From assembly GCA_041495865.1 (NCBI GenBank), contig JBGQDL010000002.1:1-58850 (forward strand): a stretch of DNA of 58,850 nt, read 5' to 3'. Every line of letters begins with the position of its first letter. Positions within the stretch are counted from its first letter, which is position 1. The notes under the pieces are model-generated. The model saw only the letters and a list, made by a program, of their open reading frames with translations, was not told the DNA's origin and made no database searches. The position numbers were made by a program, and so were the translations under genes. The DNA is from Thermoanaerobaculia bacterium. Its GTDB lineage: Bacteria; Acidobacteriota; Thermoanaerobaculia; UBA5066. Of the stretch, positions 35,002-44,383 are shown piece by piece.

Positions 35002-35742
35002 TCAGTCACGGACGAGACCCACGAACGCGCGCAGCTCGTCCTCTGCCATGTCGGAGACCGCCGCGTAACCGAGATCGCCTTCCGTCCAGCGCGCGACGTG
35101 GTAGCCGCGCGTGACACCCACGGTCACGGTCGGCGCCGGCGCCGGCGCGACCCAGACGAACACGTCGATCTCGTGCCGCCCGTGCGTATACGCCAGGACG
35201 GCCACCCGGCGGCCCGAGACGTCGTCCACCCTTCCTCCGGAAAGCGGATAACCCCGATCCGCGAGGTCCTTCACTTTCGGCGAGAGGTCGACGCGTCCGG
35301 CGAACCACGGCTTGACCGTGTGGCGGTCGGACGAGACGACCTCGACGAGCGGCCCCTTCATGAGCGCGCGCACGTGGGCAGAGACGAGAGCTTCGTCGAC
35401 ACCGCGCCTCGAGATCGACGCGCGAAAGGGCATGAGGAGAACCGTGAGCGCGGCCCCGAGGACGAGCGCGGCGGCCATGGCGGCCCACCGCGGCACGCCG
35501 CGCTGCCGGAACGGCCTGCGCTCCCCCGCGAGGCCGGCGCGAACGCGCGCCTCGAGGGAGACCGGAGGGACGGCGACGAGGCCGCCCCCGCGGAGCGCCG
35601 ACCGCAGGGCAAGCGCCCGCCGGTACTCCGCGGCGCACGAGGCGCACTCGCGGGCGTGGCGCTCTGCTTCCAGCGTCGCCTCGACCGAGAGCTCCCCGTC
35701 GAGCCACGCGTGCGCATGTTCGCGGGAGTACGCGCAGCTCAT
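35002..35742 (-). CDS. anti-sigma factor (zf-HC2 type, single TM)
   Basis: HAWLDGEL...HARECASCAAE is an H-x3-C-x2-C motif. The TM segment is WAAMAAALVLGAALTVLL. ATGA overlap with the sigma gene. Confidence 0.75.
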   Translation of the reverse strand: MSCAYSREHAHAWLDGELSVEATLEAERHARECASCAAEYRRALALRSALRGGGLVAVPPVSLEARVRAGLAGERRPFRQRGVPRWAAMAAALVLGAALTVLLMPFRASISRRGVDEALVSAHVRALMKGPLVEVVSSDRHTVKPWFAGRVDLSPKVKDLADRGYPLSGGRVDDVSGRRVAVLAYTHGRHEIDVFVWVAPAPAPTVTVGVTRGYHVARWTEGDLGYAAVSDMAEDELRAFVGLVRD

Positions 35743-36278
35743 GTTCCCACCCCGGCAGCCACCGGCCGGGCCAGCGCCGACTGGAGGCGCCGCCGCGCCC
35801 GCGCGAGACGCGACATCACGGTTCCCACCGGGATCCCGGCGACCTCCGCGATCTCCCGATACGAGAGCTCCTCGAGCTCGCGGAGCACGATCACTTCCCG
35901 GAATTCCCCGGGCAGCTCGTCGAGGGCCCGCCGCAGCCGCGCGCCGTCGGCGCGCCGCACGAGGTCCTCCTCGACGGAAGCGGCGACGTCTGCCGGCTCG
36001 TCGACGTCCTCGAGGGCCGTCGCGACCTCTTTCGCGCGGTTGGCGCGCAGCCAGGTCCAGCACGCGTTGCGCACGATCGTGAGCAGCCAGGCCCGCGGGT
36101 CGCCGCCGCGGAACGAAGGAAAGAACCGGTAAGCCCGCAAAGATGCCTCCTGAACCACGTCCTCTGCATCGTGGTCATTGCGCGTGAGCCACCGCGCGAG
36201 GTTGTAGGCGGAGGGCAGCAGCGGAAGGATCAGCTTCTCGAACTCCAGGGCTGCTTCGTCCGCATCCGACTCGCGCAG
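35739..36278 (-). CDS. ECF (sigma-70 family group IV) RNA polymerase sigma factor; start codon uncertain (CTG at 36278 proposed)
   Basis: Region 2 is DAEDVVQEASLRAYRFF. Region 4 is LSYREIAEVAGIPVGTVMSRLARARRRL. The frame is open upstream to a TAA at 36318-36320, with conserved region 2.1-like sequence but no ATG, GTG or TTG. Confidence 0.7.
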   Translation of the reverse strand: MRESDADEAALEFEKLILPLLPSAYNLARWLTRNDHDAEDVVQEASLRAYRFFPSFRGGDPRAWLLTIVRNACWTWLRANRAKEVATALEDVDEPADVAASVEEDLVRRADGARLRRALDELPGEFREVIVLRELEELSYREIAEVAGIPVGTVMSRLARARRRLQSALARPVAAGVGT

Positions 36279-36392
36279 GAAACGCCTCCATCCAAGAAGA
36301 CCGCGGGCGCCGTCATCTTATTCCCGATCTTCCAGCGGCTCCGCGGGAATAGTTCGGCCGGCGCGGAAGTCTCCTCGTCGAACGGAGGTAAC

Positions 36393-37319
36393 ATGAAACT
36401 CGAAACCGATCGCCGTGAATTCCTGAAGCTCGCGGGCCTCGGAGGAGGCGTCGTCTTCGCGTCCAGTCTCTGGCGCGGTGCCCTGGCGGGCTCCACGGAG
36501 GAGTTTCACTTCGTCCAGCTCTCCGACACGCACTGGGGTTTCGAGGGGGCGCCGAACCCGGACGCGAAGGGCACGCTCCCGAAGGCGATCGCCGCCGTGA
36601 ACGCGCTCTCCCAGCAACCCGACTTCGTCGTCTTCACGGGGGACCTCACGCACACGACGGACGACGGCGTGAAACGCCGGGATCGCATGAAGCAGTTCCG
36701 CGACATCGCCGGAAAGCTCAGGGCAAAGACGGTCCGGTTCCTGCCGGGCGAGCACGATGCGTCGCTCGACCGCGGCGAGGCATACCAGGAGCTCTTCGGC
36801 GCGACTCATTACTCGTTCGACCACAAGGGCGTCCACTTCTCCGTCCTCGACAACGTGTCGGACCCCGGCGCCGCCGTGGGTGAGGCGCAGCTCGCATGGC
36901 TCAAGGGCGACCTCGCGAAGCTCAAGCCGGAGGCCCCTATCGCCGTCCTCACCCACCGCCCGCTCTTCGACCTCTACCCCTCGTGGGACTGGGCCACGAA
37001 AGACGGCGCGGCCGCGCTCGACATCCTCATGCCTTTCAAGCACGTGACTGTGTTTTACGGCCACATCCATCAGGAACACCACCACAAGACGGGCCACATC
37101 GAACACCACGCGGCCACATCGCTCATCTTCCCGCTGCCCGCGCCGGGATCGGTCCCAAAGCGCGCCCCCGTCCCCTGGGACGAGACGCAGCCGTATCGCG
37201 GCCTCGGCTGGCGCGACGTAGAGGCCTACCCGGAGGCGGGCTCGTTCCGCGCGGATGAAAAGCCGCTCAACGCCGCGGCCGCAGCCACGAAGGCCGCCCT
37301 CGCGGGGATGCTCGGATGA
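36393..37319 (+). CDS. Tat-exported metallophosphoesterase (calcineurin-like)
   Basis: DRREFLKLAG is a twin-arginine signal. QLSDTHWG, FTGDLTH and GHIHQEHH motifs are present. GGAGG lies upstream of the ATG at 36393. Confidence 0.85.
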   Translation: MKLETDRREFLKLAGLGGGVVFASSLWRGALAGSTEEFHFVQLSDTHWGFEGAPNPDAKGTLPKAIAAVNALSQQPDFVVFTGDLTHTTDDGVKRRDRMKQFRDIAGKLRAKTVRFLPGEHDASLDRGEAYQELFGATHYSFDHKGVHFSVLDNVSDPGAAVGEAQLAWLKGDLAKLKPEAPIAVLTHRPLFDLYPSWDWATKDGAAALDILMPFKHVTVFYGHIHQEHHHKTGHIEHHAATSLIFPLPAPGSVPKRAPVPWDETQPYRGLGWRDVEAYPEAGSFRADEKPLNAAAAATKAALAGMLG

Positions 37320-37663
37320 GGCGCGCCGGCGCCGCCGCGCTCGCTCTCGCCCTCCTCGCTTGCGCGCCGCAGGGACTGGCTGGCGATGCGCGCGTGGTCC
37401 GCATCGTGGCGAAGAAGTTTTCGTATACACCGTCCGAGGTCCGCCTGAAGAAGGGCGAGCCCGTAATCCTCGAGCTCATGTCCGAGGACCGCGTCCACGG
37501 GTTCATCCTCCCCGAATTCAAGATCCGGAAGGACGTCGCCCCGAAGGAGGTCGCGCGCGTGACGCTCACGCCCGACAAGGCGGGGATTTTCTCCTTCCGT
37601 TGTGACGTCTTCTGCGGCGACGGCCACGAGGACATGACCGGCACGCTGATCGTCACGGAGTGA
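37316..37663 (+). CDS. cupredoxin-domain protein (secreted or lipoprotein)
   Basis: LALLACAP is a lipobox-like signal. HGF...FRCDVFCGDGHEDM gives the Cu ligand pattern. Confidence 0.75.
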   Translation: MRRAGAAALALALLACAPQGLAGDARVVRIVAKKFSYTPSEVRLKKGEPVILELMSEDRVHGFILPEFKIRKDVAPKEVARVTLTPDKAGIFSFRCDVFCGDGHEDMTGTLIVTE

Positions 37664-37671
37664 GGCGTCAA

Positions 37672-38169
37672 ATGAAGCGCTTTGTCACAGGGGTCGTATC
37701 GATCCTCGCTGTGGAGGCCGTTCTCGCCCTCTTGGTCCTGAGGTTCGGCCTCGTGCCAGTGAGCGCCGACGTGGCCCCGTCGAGGTTGGAAACCAACCTC
37801 ATGGGCATGGCCCTCCGCGCCTCAGTGGCACGGCATGCGAACAGGCCGCCGATTACCGTGCCACCCACCGAGGAGAACCTCATTGCGGGTGTTCAAATCT
37901 ACAAGGAGATGTGCGCGCGGTGTCACGGTCGGACAGCGGCAGGCCCGGCCACCCTCGGCGCGTCCTTGTATCCTCCGGCTCCGCCACTACGAGGGCGCCG
38001 GACAGGCTACACGGAGGCGGAGGTCTTCTGGATCGTGAAACGTGGCATCCGGAACACGGGAATGCCAGCATTTGGCAGGCTGCTGTCGGACGGCGACATC
38101 GCCCAGCTCGCGGCGCTCATCGAGAGGTCCGACGCGCTGCCGGCCGGCGTGGAGGCCGAGCGGAAGTAG
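37672..38169 (+). CDS. c-type cytochrome
   Basis: CARCH is a heme-binding CxxCH motif. There is an N-terminal TM anchor and a distal MPAF Met. The GTG at 37660 is an alternative start. Confidence 0.8.
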   Translation: MKRFVTGVVSILAVEAVLALLVLRFGLVPVSADVAPSRLETNLMGMALRASVARHANRPPITVPPTEENLIAGVQIYKEMCARCHGRTAAGPATLGASLYPPAPPLRGRRTGYTEAEVFWIVKRGIRNTGMPAFGRLLSDGDIAQLAALIERSDALPAGVEAERK

Positions 38170-38189
38170 CGCGATAGACCGCGTAGCGG

Positions 38190-39239
38190 CTACTTCGCCG
38201 GAGCGAGAACCCGAAGCTCGATGGAGACGATGTCGTCGAGGCCGCGGCCGCCTGCCGCGACGAGGCGCAGGGCGCTCGACGAGACATCGAGAGATGGGGC
38301 GCCTGCGGAAGAGGAGAAAATCTCTGCTGAAGAAAATGCAGAGGCGCCGCCCGCATGCGACGTCACGACGATGACGGTTGCGGCCGCTTCGCCCGTGTCG
38401 CTCGTCGAGAAAAGCCTCGAGAGCGGCAGTGATCCACTGCCTGCCATGGCGCGGAGCTCCGTGAGGTCGTATTTCTTAGAAGGGGAAGAGGGGCTGGTGA
38501 TCGTGAGCGCGGCCGGCGCTTTCGCTGCGGGCTCATTCACTTTCGCAGAAAATCCCGCTTTCGCCTTCTCTTCGATTCGCCGTCCCACCGGCCGCTCCAT
38601 GAGCCTGTCGTCCACCGGCGCCGCCGCCGACCGCTTCGCGAACCGCGTGCCGCCTTCCGCGGACCCCCACGCCTGCCGGCCCTTCTCGTCGAATCCGCGA
38701 TCCCACTGAAGGAAACCGTCCCGGGACACGATCAGGGCCGTGGTCATCGTGGCCGCGGTCCTGCGGGTCGAGGGGCAGCCCGCTCCCTGCGTGCCGCCTT
38801 CCCAGCGATCGGCCGACTTCCTGAGCAGAATCACGCAGCCGGGCCTCTCGCGCATGTCGTTCGCGCCGTAGAGCGCGAGCACCGAGGGGTCGCGCCACTT
38901 GCCGCGCACGATGAGAGGGTCCTTCGGGTCGAAGGCGCGCATGCGGACCGCGTCCCCGTCCTCATCGAGGCGGTAGAAGCGCTGCTCGGAGGGCTCGTCG
39001 GGCTTCGGCGCGACCCCCTGCTCCCGGTACACGACGAGGGCGCCGTTCGCGATCCGGCTCTTCGGCACGGCCACGATGACGATCCGAACGGCCTCGGGCG
39101 CCGCGCCGGCGGCGGCCGGACCATCACTCTCGAACGTTCCCGTCAGCCAGGAGGCGACCTCCAGAGCCCTGCCCTCGGCGGCGATTGCGGCGCGCGCGAA
39201 GAGCAGGCAGACGGCGGCGGCCGTCAGGCGGACGCTCAC
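38190..39239 (-). CDS. secreted CpcT/CpeT-like (DUF1001) domain protein with an unknown C-terminal extension of about 130 aa
   Basis: GTG at 39239 overlaps the typA TGA (GTGA). The signal peptide is VRLTAAAVCLLFARAAIA. WLTGTFES...YREQ...FYRL...GC...W.G...GC pattern as I recall it for DUF1001. Confidence 0.5.
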   Translation of the reverse strand: MSVRLTAAAVCLLFARAAIAAEGRALEVASWLTGTFESDGPAAAGAAPEAVRIVIVAVPKSRIANGALVVYREQGVAPKPDEPSEQRFYRLDEDGDAVRMRAFDPKDPLIVRGKWRDPSVLALYGANDMRERPGCVILLRKSADRWEGGTQGAGCPSTRRTAATMTTALIVSRDGFLQWDRGFDEKGRQAWGSAEGGTRFAKRSAAAPVDDRLMERPVGRRIEEKAKAGFSAKVNEPAAKAPAALTITSPSSPSKKYDLTELRAMAGSGSLPLSRLFSTSDTGEAAATVIVVTSHAGGASAFSSAEIFSSSAGAPSLDVSSSALRLVAAGGRGLDDIVSIELRVLAPAK

Positions 39240-41074
39240 CCTTCTTCTTCCTCCACGAGCGCGCCCCGCTTCTCGGAGACGCGGCGCATGGAATGGTCGA
39301 GGATGCGCTTCCTCAGCCTCACGGACTTCGGCGTCACCTCGACGAGCTCGTCGTCCTCGATCCATCCGATGGCGAGCTCGAGCGGCATCGGGCGGGGCGG
39401 CGTGAGGCGGATGGCGTCGTCCGAGCCCGACGACCGCATGTTCGTGAGGTGCTTTTTCACGCAGGGGTTCACGACGAGATCGTTCGGCCGGGCGCTCTCG
39501 CCGCAGATCATCCCGCCGTAGACCTCGATTCCCGGCGGGAGGAAAAGCGTCGAGCGCTCCTCGAGCCGCTCGAGCGAGTGCGCCGTCGTCTCCCCCGCCT
39601 CCTTGCACACCAGCGCGCCCCGCCCGCGCCCCGTGACCTCGCCCTTGAACGGCTCGTAGCCGTGGAAGACGTGGTACAGGAGGCCCTCGCCTTTCGTGTC
39701 CGTCAGGAACTCGTTGCGGTAGCCGAAGAGGCCGCGGGTCGGGATCCTGAACTCGATCTTCGCCCGCCCCGAGCCGTGGTTCGTCATATTCGTCATCTCC
39801 GCCTTGCGCTGGCCGAGCTTCTCGATCACGGTGCCCATCGCCGTCTCCGGGACGTCGATGACGAGCTCCTCGATCGGCTCGCACGTCCGCCCGTCTATCT
39901 CCTTGAGGATGACCTGGGGGCGTGAGAGCGCGAACTCGAAGCTCTCGCGGCGCATCATCTCGACCGTGATCGCGAGGTGCAGCTCGCCGCGGCCCGAGAC
40001 GCGGAAGGCGTCGGGACTCTCGGTCGCCTCCACGCGCATCGCGACGTTCGTGCGCAGCTCCTTCTGGAGACGCTCGCCGAGGTTGCGGCTCGTGACGTAT
40101 TTGCCCTCGCGTCCCGCGAACGGCGAGTCGTTCACGCGGAAGGTCATGGAGACGGTCGGCTCGTCGACGGCGATGGGCGCGAGGGCGACGGGGTTCTCCG
40201 GATCCGCCAGCGTCTCGCCGATCGTGACCTCGTCGATGCCGGAGATGACGATGAGGTCGCCCGCGTGCGCTTCCTCCACCTCGACGCGTCTCAGGCCTTC
40301 GAACGCCATCAGCTTCGCGACTTTGGCCTTCGTGACGGTGCCGTCGAGCTTGCAGACCGAGACCTGCTGCCCCGGGTGGACCGTCCCGTTCACGATGCGG
40401 CCGATGAGGAGCCGGCCGAGGTAGTTGTCGTAGTCCAGGGAGGCCACGAGGATCTGCAGCGGGGCGGCGGAATCTCCGCCGGGCTCCGGCACCTCCACGA
40501 GGATCGCGTCGAGCAGAGGCCTGACATCCGTCTCGGCGTGGTCCACCTCGCGGCGCGCGAAGCCGTGCTTGGCGGACGTGTAGACGATCGGGAAGTCGAG
40601 CTGCTCGTCCGTGGCGCCGAGGTCGACCATGAGGTCGAACACCTCGTCGATGACCTGGTGAGGCCGCGCGTCCGGCCGGTCGACCTTGTTCACGACGACG
40701 ATGGGCTTGAGGCCCAGCTCGAAGGCCTTGCGCAGGACGAAGCGCGTCTGGGGCATCGTGCCCTCGGCGGCGTCCACGACCAGGAGAACCGCGTCGACCA
40801 TCTTGAGGACGCGCTCCACCTCGCCCCCGAAGTCGCTGTGGCCCGGCGTGTCGACGATGTTGATCTTCGTGCCGTGGTAATGGATGGAGGTGTTCTTCGC
40901 GAGGATCGTGATGCCGCGCTCTCTCTCGAGGTCGTTGCTGTCCATGATCCGCTCGGTGCCGGACATCGCCTCGTTCGCGCGGAACGTGCCGGACTGCTTC
41001 AGGAGGCAGTCCACGAGCGTGGTCTTGCCATGGTCGACGTGCGCGATGATCGCGATGTTGCGGAGTCCGGACAT
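39236..41074 (-). CDS. typA: translational GTPase TypA/BipA
   Basis: [28 protein letters not shown] and NKVDR G-motifs are present. 612 aa. Confidence 0.95.
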   Translation of the reverse strand: MSGLRNIAIIAHVDHGKTTLVDCLLKQSGTFRANEAMSGTERIMDSNDLERERGITILAKNTSIHYHGTKINIVDTPGHSDFGGEVERVLKMVDAVLLVVDAAEGTMPQTRFVLRKAFELGLKPIVVVNKVDRPDARPHQVIDEVFDLMVDLGATDEQLDFPIVYTSAKHGFARREVDHAETDVRPLLDAILVEVPEPGGDSAAPLQILVASLDYDNYLGRLLIGRIVNGTVHPGQQVSVCKLDGTVTKAKVAKLMAFEGLRRVEVEEAHAGDLIVISGIDEVTIGETLADPENPVALAPIAVDEPTVSMTFRVNDSPFAGREGKYVTSRNLGERLQKELRTNVAMRVEATESPDAFRVSGRGELHLAITVEMMRRESFEFALSRPQVILKEIDGRTCEPIEELVIDVPETAMGTVIEKLGQRKAEMTNMTNHGSGRAKIEFRIPTRGLFGYRNEFLTDTKGEGLLYHVFHGYEPFKGEVTGRGRGALVCKEAGETTAHSLERLEERSTLFLPPGIEVYGGMICGESARPNDLVVNPCVKKHLTNMRSSGSDDAIRLTPPRPMPLELAIGWIEDDELVEVTPKSVRLRKRILDHSMRRVSEKRGALVEEEEG

Positions 41075-41137
41075 GGGGCCTGCTTTCGCGGGGCCGGGTC
41101 AGGCGGCCTCGTCGCGGGACAACGAGGTTACCAGACC

Positions 41138-41728
41138 CTACTTCTTCCGGAGGCTGCTCGTGAGGAAGGGGACGAAGTCCTTCCCCCCCGGCGCGAGGTC
41201 CATCGAGAGGGCCAGCTCGCCGTCGGCCTTGCGCACGAAGAGCATCCTCGCCTTCGTCCCCGCCTCGGCGTTCAGCAACTCGCGTGACGTGAGGCGCACA
41301 CCCTCGGCCGCGACCTGGACGTCGAACGTGGCGCTGATGCCGGTCGAGAAGAAATACGAGGCGACATACCGCCGTTTCTCCCGGTCGTAGGCGAAGTAGC
41401 CGACCTCCTCGATCGTCTCCTCCCTGCCGTCGTCGGCCGTCAGGATCGTGTTTCCGCGGTGGACGAGGTAGTTTCCGGAGAATTCCGGCGTGAAGCGCGC
41501 CACACACCCGCCGACGCGTGCGCCGGACTCCGCGCCGCCCGACCAGGAGCCGACGAGAAACGCGAACTCCTGGAACGGGTGCCAGGCGGGCGCGTCGGCT
41601 GCCGAGGAAGTCGCGGGAGCCGCCGTGGCCGGAGCGGAAACCGGAGAAGCGGGCGGCTGGGTCTGCGCCCTGGCAGGTGCCGAGATCACCAGCAAGAGAA
41701 ACCAAACACGGGCGGAATACGTCCGCAT
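41138..41728 (-). CDS. secreted hypothetical protein
   Basis: Signal peptide is MRTYSARVWFLLLVISAPARA. The coding pattern is consistent. No motif recognised. Confidence 0.6.
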   Translation of the reverse strand: MRTYSARVWFLLLVISAPARAQTQPPASPVSAPATAAPATSSAADAPAWHPFQEFAFLVGSWSGGAESGARVGGCVARFTPEFSGNYLVHRGNTILTADDGREETIEEVGYFAYDREKRRYVASYFFSTGISATFDVQVAAEGVRLTSRELLNAEAGTKARMLFVRKADGELALSMDLAPGGKDFVPFLTSSLRKK

Positions 41729-41781
41729 CGACAGGATGTCCTCCTCTGGAACTCTTGGAGGATTATAGACTTAGCGGTGAC

Positions 41782-41807
41782 GGAACCGATCCGCGCGCTT
41801 TTTCGTT
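41782..41807 (+). promoter_or_regulatory. candidate ECF-type autoregulated promoter (GGAAC-N17-CGTT)
   Basis: GGAAC at 41782-41786, a 17-nt spacer, CGTT at 41804-41807, about 17 nt upstream of the sigma gene ATG at 41824. GAGG lies 5 nt before the ATG. Confidence 0.4.
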
Positions 41808-41823
41808 ACGGAGACTGAGGACC

Positions 41824-42465
41824 ATGCCGCCAGAGCCTCACCCCGACGCCGAGCTCGTCGCCCGCTGCCAGAGGGGGGACGACGGCGCGTGGTCGGACCT
41901 CGTCGCCGCCTACGGCAGAAAGGTCTATGGGATCGCCTGGCACATGACATACGACCGCGCGGAGGCCGAGGAGCTCACCCAGGACTGTTTCCTCAAGGTC
42001 TGGCAGAACCTCGACCGCTACGAGCCCACCGAGGCCTCGCTCCTCGCCTGGATCGCGGCGCTCTCGCGGAACTTGTGCATCGATCACTACCGGCGGACAA
42101 AACGGGAGAAGGGGTTCTCCTTCCTCTCCGACGACGCGGTCTCGACCCTCCTCCCCGCAACCGACGACCCGCAGGCCGACGCCGTGCGCCGCGAGCGCGT
42201 GCGGATGCTGCTCGACGCGATCTCCGAGCTGCCCGACGAGCTGGCCGAGGTCGTGATCTTGCGCGACCTCGACGGCCTCGACTACCGCGAGATCGGCGAC
42301 CTCCTGAAGCTGGCCGACGGCACGGTGAAGTCGCGCTTGAACCGCGCGCGTATCGAGCTCGCCCGCGTCGTTCGGGGGCGCGTCGGGGCCTCCGCGGGAG
42401 ATGGAAGGTCCCTCTACTCGCCGTTCGGCCCGCGCGCCACCACGGCCACGGGAGGCGCGCGATGA
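41824..42465 (+). CDS. ECF RNA polymerase sigma factor
   Basis: AEELTQDCFLKVWQNLDRY is region 2. LDYREIGDLLKLADGTVKSRLNRARIEL is region 4.2. Confidence 0.85.
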   Translation: MPPEPHPDAELVARCQRGDDGAWSDLVAAYGRKVYGIAWHMTYDRAEAEELTQDCFLKVWQNLDRYEPTEASLLAWIAALSRNLCIDHYRRTKREKGFSFLSDDAVSTLLPATDDPQADAVRRERVRMLLDAISELPDELAEVVILRDLDGLDYREIGDLLKLADGTVKSRLNRARIELARVVRGRVGASAGDGRSLYSPFGPRATTATGGAR

Positions 42466-43244
42466 GCGCCGCGTGCCGCGCCTTCGAGCAGCGCCTTGCC
42501 GAGGCGCTGGACCGGGCTCCCCAGGGCGCCACGGCCGCCGCCGCGCACTCCCTCGCGTCCGCCGATCCGCACGCGGCGGAGTGCGCGGAATGCGCGCTCC
42601 TCGGGGCGCTCGTCGCCGGGCAGGCGGGCGTCTTCGCGTTCCTCGCGCGTCCCGAGCCATCGCCGGACCTCCTCGCCCGACTCGCGGAAACTCCGGCCGG
42701 CCTTCTCGCGCGCCAGCAGGCGTCCGAGGTTCTCTCTCTCCTGACGCCGGGGGCGCTCGCGCGGCCGGAGCCGTCGCGCGCGCTTCTCCAGCGCCTGCTC
42801 GACGTCCAAGAGCGCCGGACCGCTGCGGCACCCTCGAACGTGCGGCGAGGCGTCTTCGCACGCCTCAAGCCCGTCGTGACCGACTGGCGATTCGCCGTCG
42901 TGGCCGCCTACGCGGCGACGTTTCTCATCGTCGCGCTCCTGCGCATCGACCCGATGTCGGCGGCCCGCGGAGCGGCGAGCGACCTGACGTCCGCGGGCGA
43001 GCGCGCGCTTTCCGAGGCGCGCGTCGCCGCGCTCCACCGCTTCGACGAGAGCGCGCTCGGCCGGGCGGCCGCCCCGATCACGAAACGCCTCGACTACCGG
43101 GTTTACCGCGCGTTCGCCGCGGGCCGCGCGCGCGCCGTCGCCTATTCGCAGCTCATCTTCGAGAAGCTCTTCGGCGGAAGCGTCGACGCCGTTCAGGCCT
43201 CGACGAAAACACCGGAACTTTCCGACAACTTTCGACGTTCCTGA
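42462..43244 (+). CDS. putative anti-sigma factor (single TM)
   Basis: ATGA overlap with the sigma gene. HAAECAECALL is a zf-HC2-like motif. The TM segment is FAVVAAYAATFLIVALL. Confidence 0.6.
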   Translation: MSAACRAFEQRLAEALDRAPQGATAAAAHSLASADPHAAECAECALLGALVAGQAGVFAFLARPEPSPDLLARLAETPAGLLARQQASEVLSLLTPGALARPEPSRALLQRLLDVQERRTAAAPSNVRRGVFARLKPVVTDWRFAVVAAYAATFLIVALLRIDPMSAARGAASDLTSAGERALSEARVAALHRFDESALGRAAAPITKRLDYRVYRAFAAGRARAVAYSQLIFEKLFGGSVDAVQASTKTPELSDNFRRS

Positions 43245-43250
43245 AGACAG

Positions 43251-43844
43251 GTGGAAACGATGACCGACGCCAGCCCCAACCCCCAGCCCCAGAACGCCCC
43301 GCCCCTCGCACCGGCGCCGCCGCCGCCTCCGATCGCGTTCACTCCCGCGGGCGTGCTGCCGATCGCACCGCCGCCCCCGCTGAAAAACCCCGGCGCCGCG
43401 GGCGCCCTCGGGATCATCCCGGGCATGGGACATCTTTACCTCGGCCTCTACCAGCGTGCCGCGATCCTCTTCGGCGTCTGGGTCCTGTTCATCTCGCTGG
43501 CCGGACACTCTCACGGGCCGTTTCCCGGCATCGTCATTCCGTTCTGGATGGTCTTTTCCATCATCGACGCGGCGCGCCAGGCCAGGGCGATCAACGCGAC
43601 GGGCCGGCCCGAGTCGAACATCCTCGGCTCCGACGAGCCGGTGCGCGTGAGCGGAAGCCTCACGGCCGGCGTCCTCCTCATCCTGATCGGCGGGTTCCTC
43701 CTCCTCGACCGGCTCGTGACGATCGACCTGTCGTTCCTGAATGACTGGTGGCCCGCCCTCCTCGTCGCCTTCGGCCTGTGGCAGGTGTTCCGCCACTACC
43801 AGGCCAAGAGCGCGGCGGCCGGCGGGGGCTCAGTCCCCGAGTAG
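43251..43844 (+). CDS. Pro-rich N-terminus membrane protein (LiaF/DUF5668-like C-terminal TM pair)
   Basis: IIPGMGHLYLG is present with four hydrophobic segments. The ATG at 43260 is an alternative start. Confidence 0.6.
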   Translation: METMTDASPNPQPQNAPPLAPAPPPPPIAFTPAGVLPIAPPPPLKNPGAAGALGIIPGMGHLYLGLYQRAAILFGVWVLFISLAGHSHGPFPGIVIPFWMVFSIIDAARQARAINATGRPESNILGSDEPVRVSGSLTAGVLLILIGGFLLLDRLVTIDLSFLNDWWPALLVAFGLWQVFRHYQAKSAAAGGGSVPE

Positions 43845-44360
43845 GGTGACGAGGACGACCGTCCTTCCGAGGATCGCACCGGTGCGCGGGTCGATGAGGT
43901 GGTCCTCGATGTCGATCTCGAGGGCGCCGTCCGCGCGGTTCCATCGCGCGGACCTCCCCCGCTGACCCACGGCTTTCGCCACGGCCGCCGCGTCCGCCTG
44001 GATCGCCCCGCTCTTGATGCCGTCCCTGAGGTCGGCCTCGAGGTTGCGTTCGGCGAAGATGAAACGCGACTGGGGGAGCTGCCGCTCGTACGCGGCCACG
44101 GTCTCGTCGACGGACTTCGCCGTCGTGAAGACCGCGATCCGGAGCTTGCCGAGCCTCTTCTTCAGCTCGGCCTTTTCCGCCGCGCTCCGCGACGTGTCGG
44201 CGTCCAGCCGAGCCATCGCATGCCGCGTCTCCGCGGCCGCGCGGTCCGTGAAGACCTGCGTGAAAACGGGGTCGATCTCCCCGCCGGGCGGGAACGGTAC
44301 GCCCGGAATCGGCGAGACGGGCGCCGCGAGGAGGAGGGCGAGAGCGAGGAAACCGGTCAT
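43830..44360 (-). CDS. secreted hypothetical protein
   Basis: Signal peptide is MTGFLALALLLAAPVSP. The coding pattern is consistent. Confidence 0.55.
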   Translation of the reverse strand: MTGFLALALLLAAPVSPIPGVPFPPGGEIDPVFTQVFTDRAAAETRHAMARLDADTSRSAAEKAELKKRLGKLRIAVFTTAKSVDETVAAYERQLPQSRFIFAERNLEADLRDGIKSGAIQADAAAVAKAVGQRGRSARWNRADGALEIDIEDHLIDPRTGAILGRTVVLVTLLGD

Positions 44361-44383
44361 CTTCCCATTCTAGTGTCGCCGCC

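Noticed and set aside
38190-41705. 1171-aa minus-strand ORF
   Set aside because: It is a chimera. Only its last 349 codons (from GTG 39239) look like a real protein. The rest is an alternative frame of typA and of the 41138-41728 gene.
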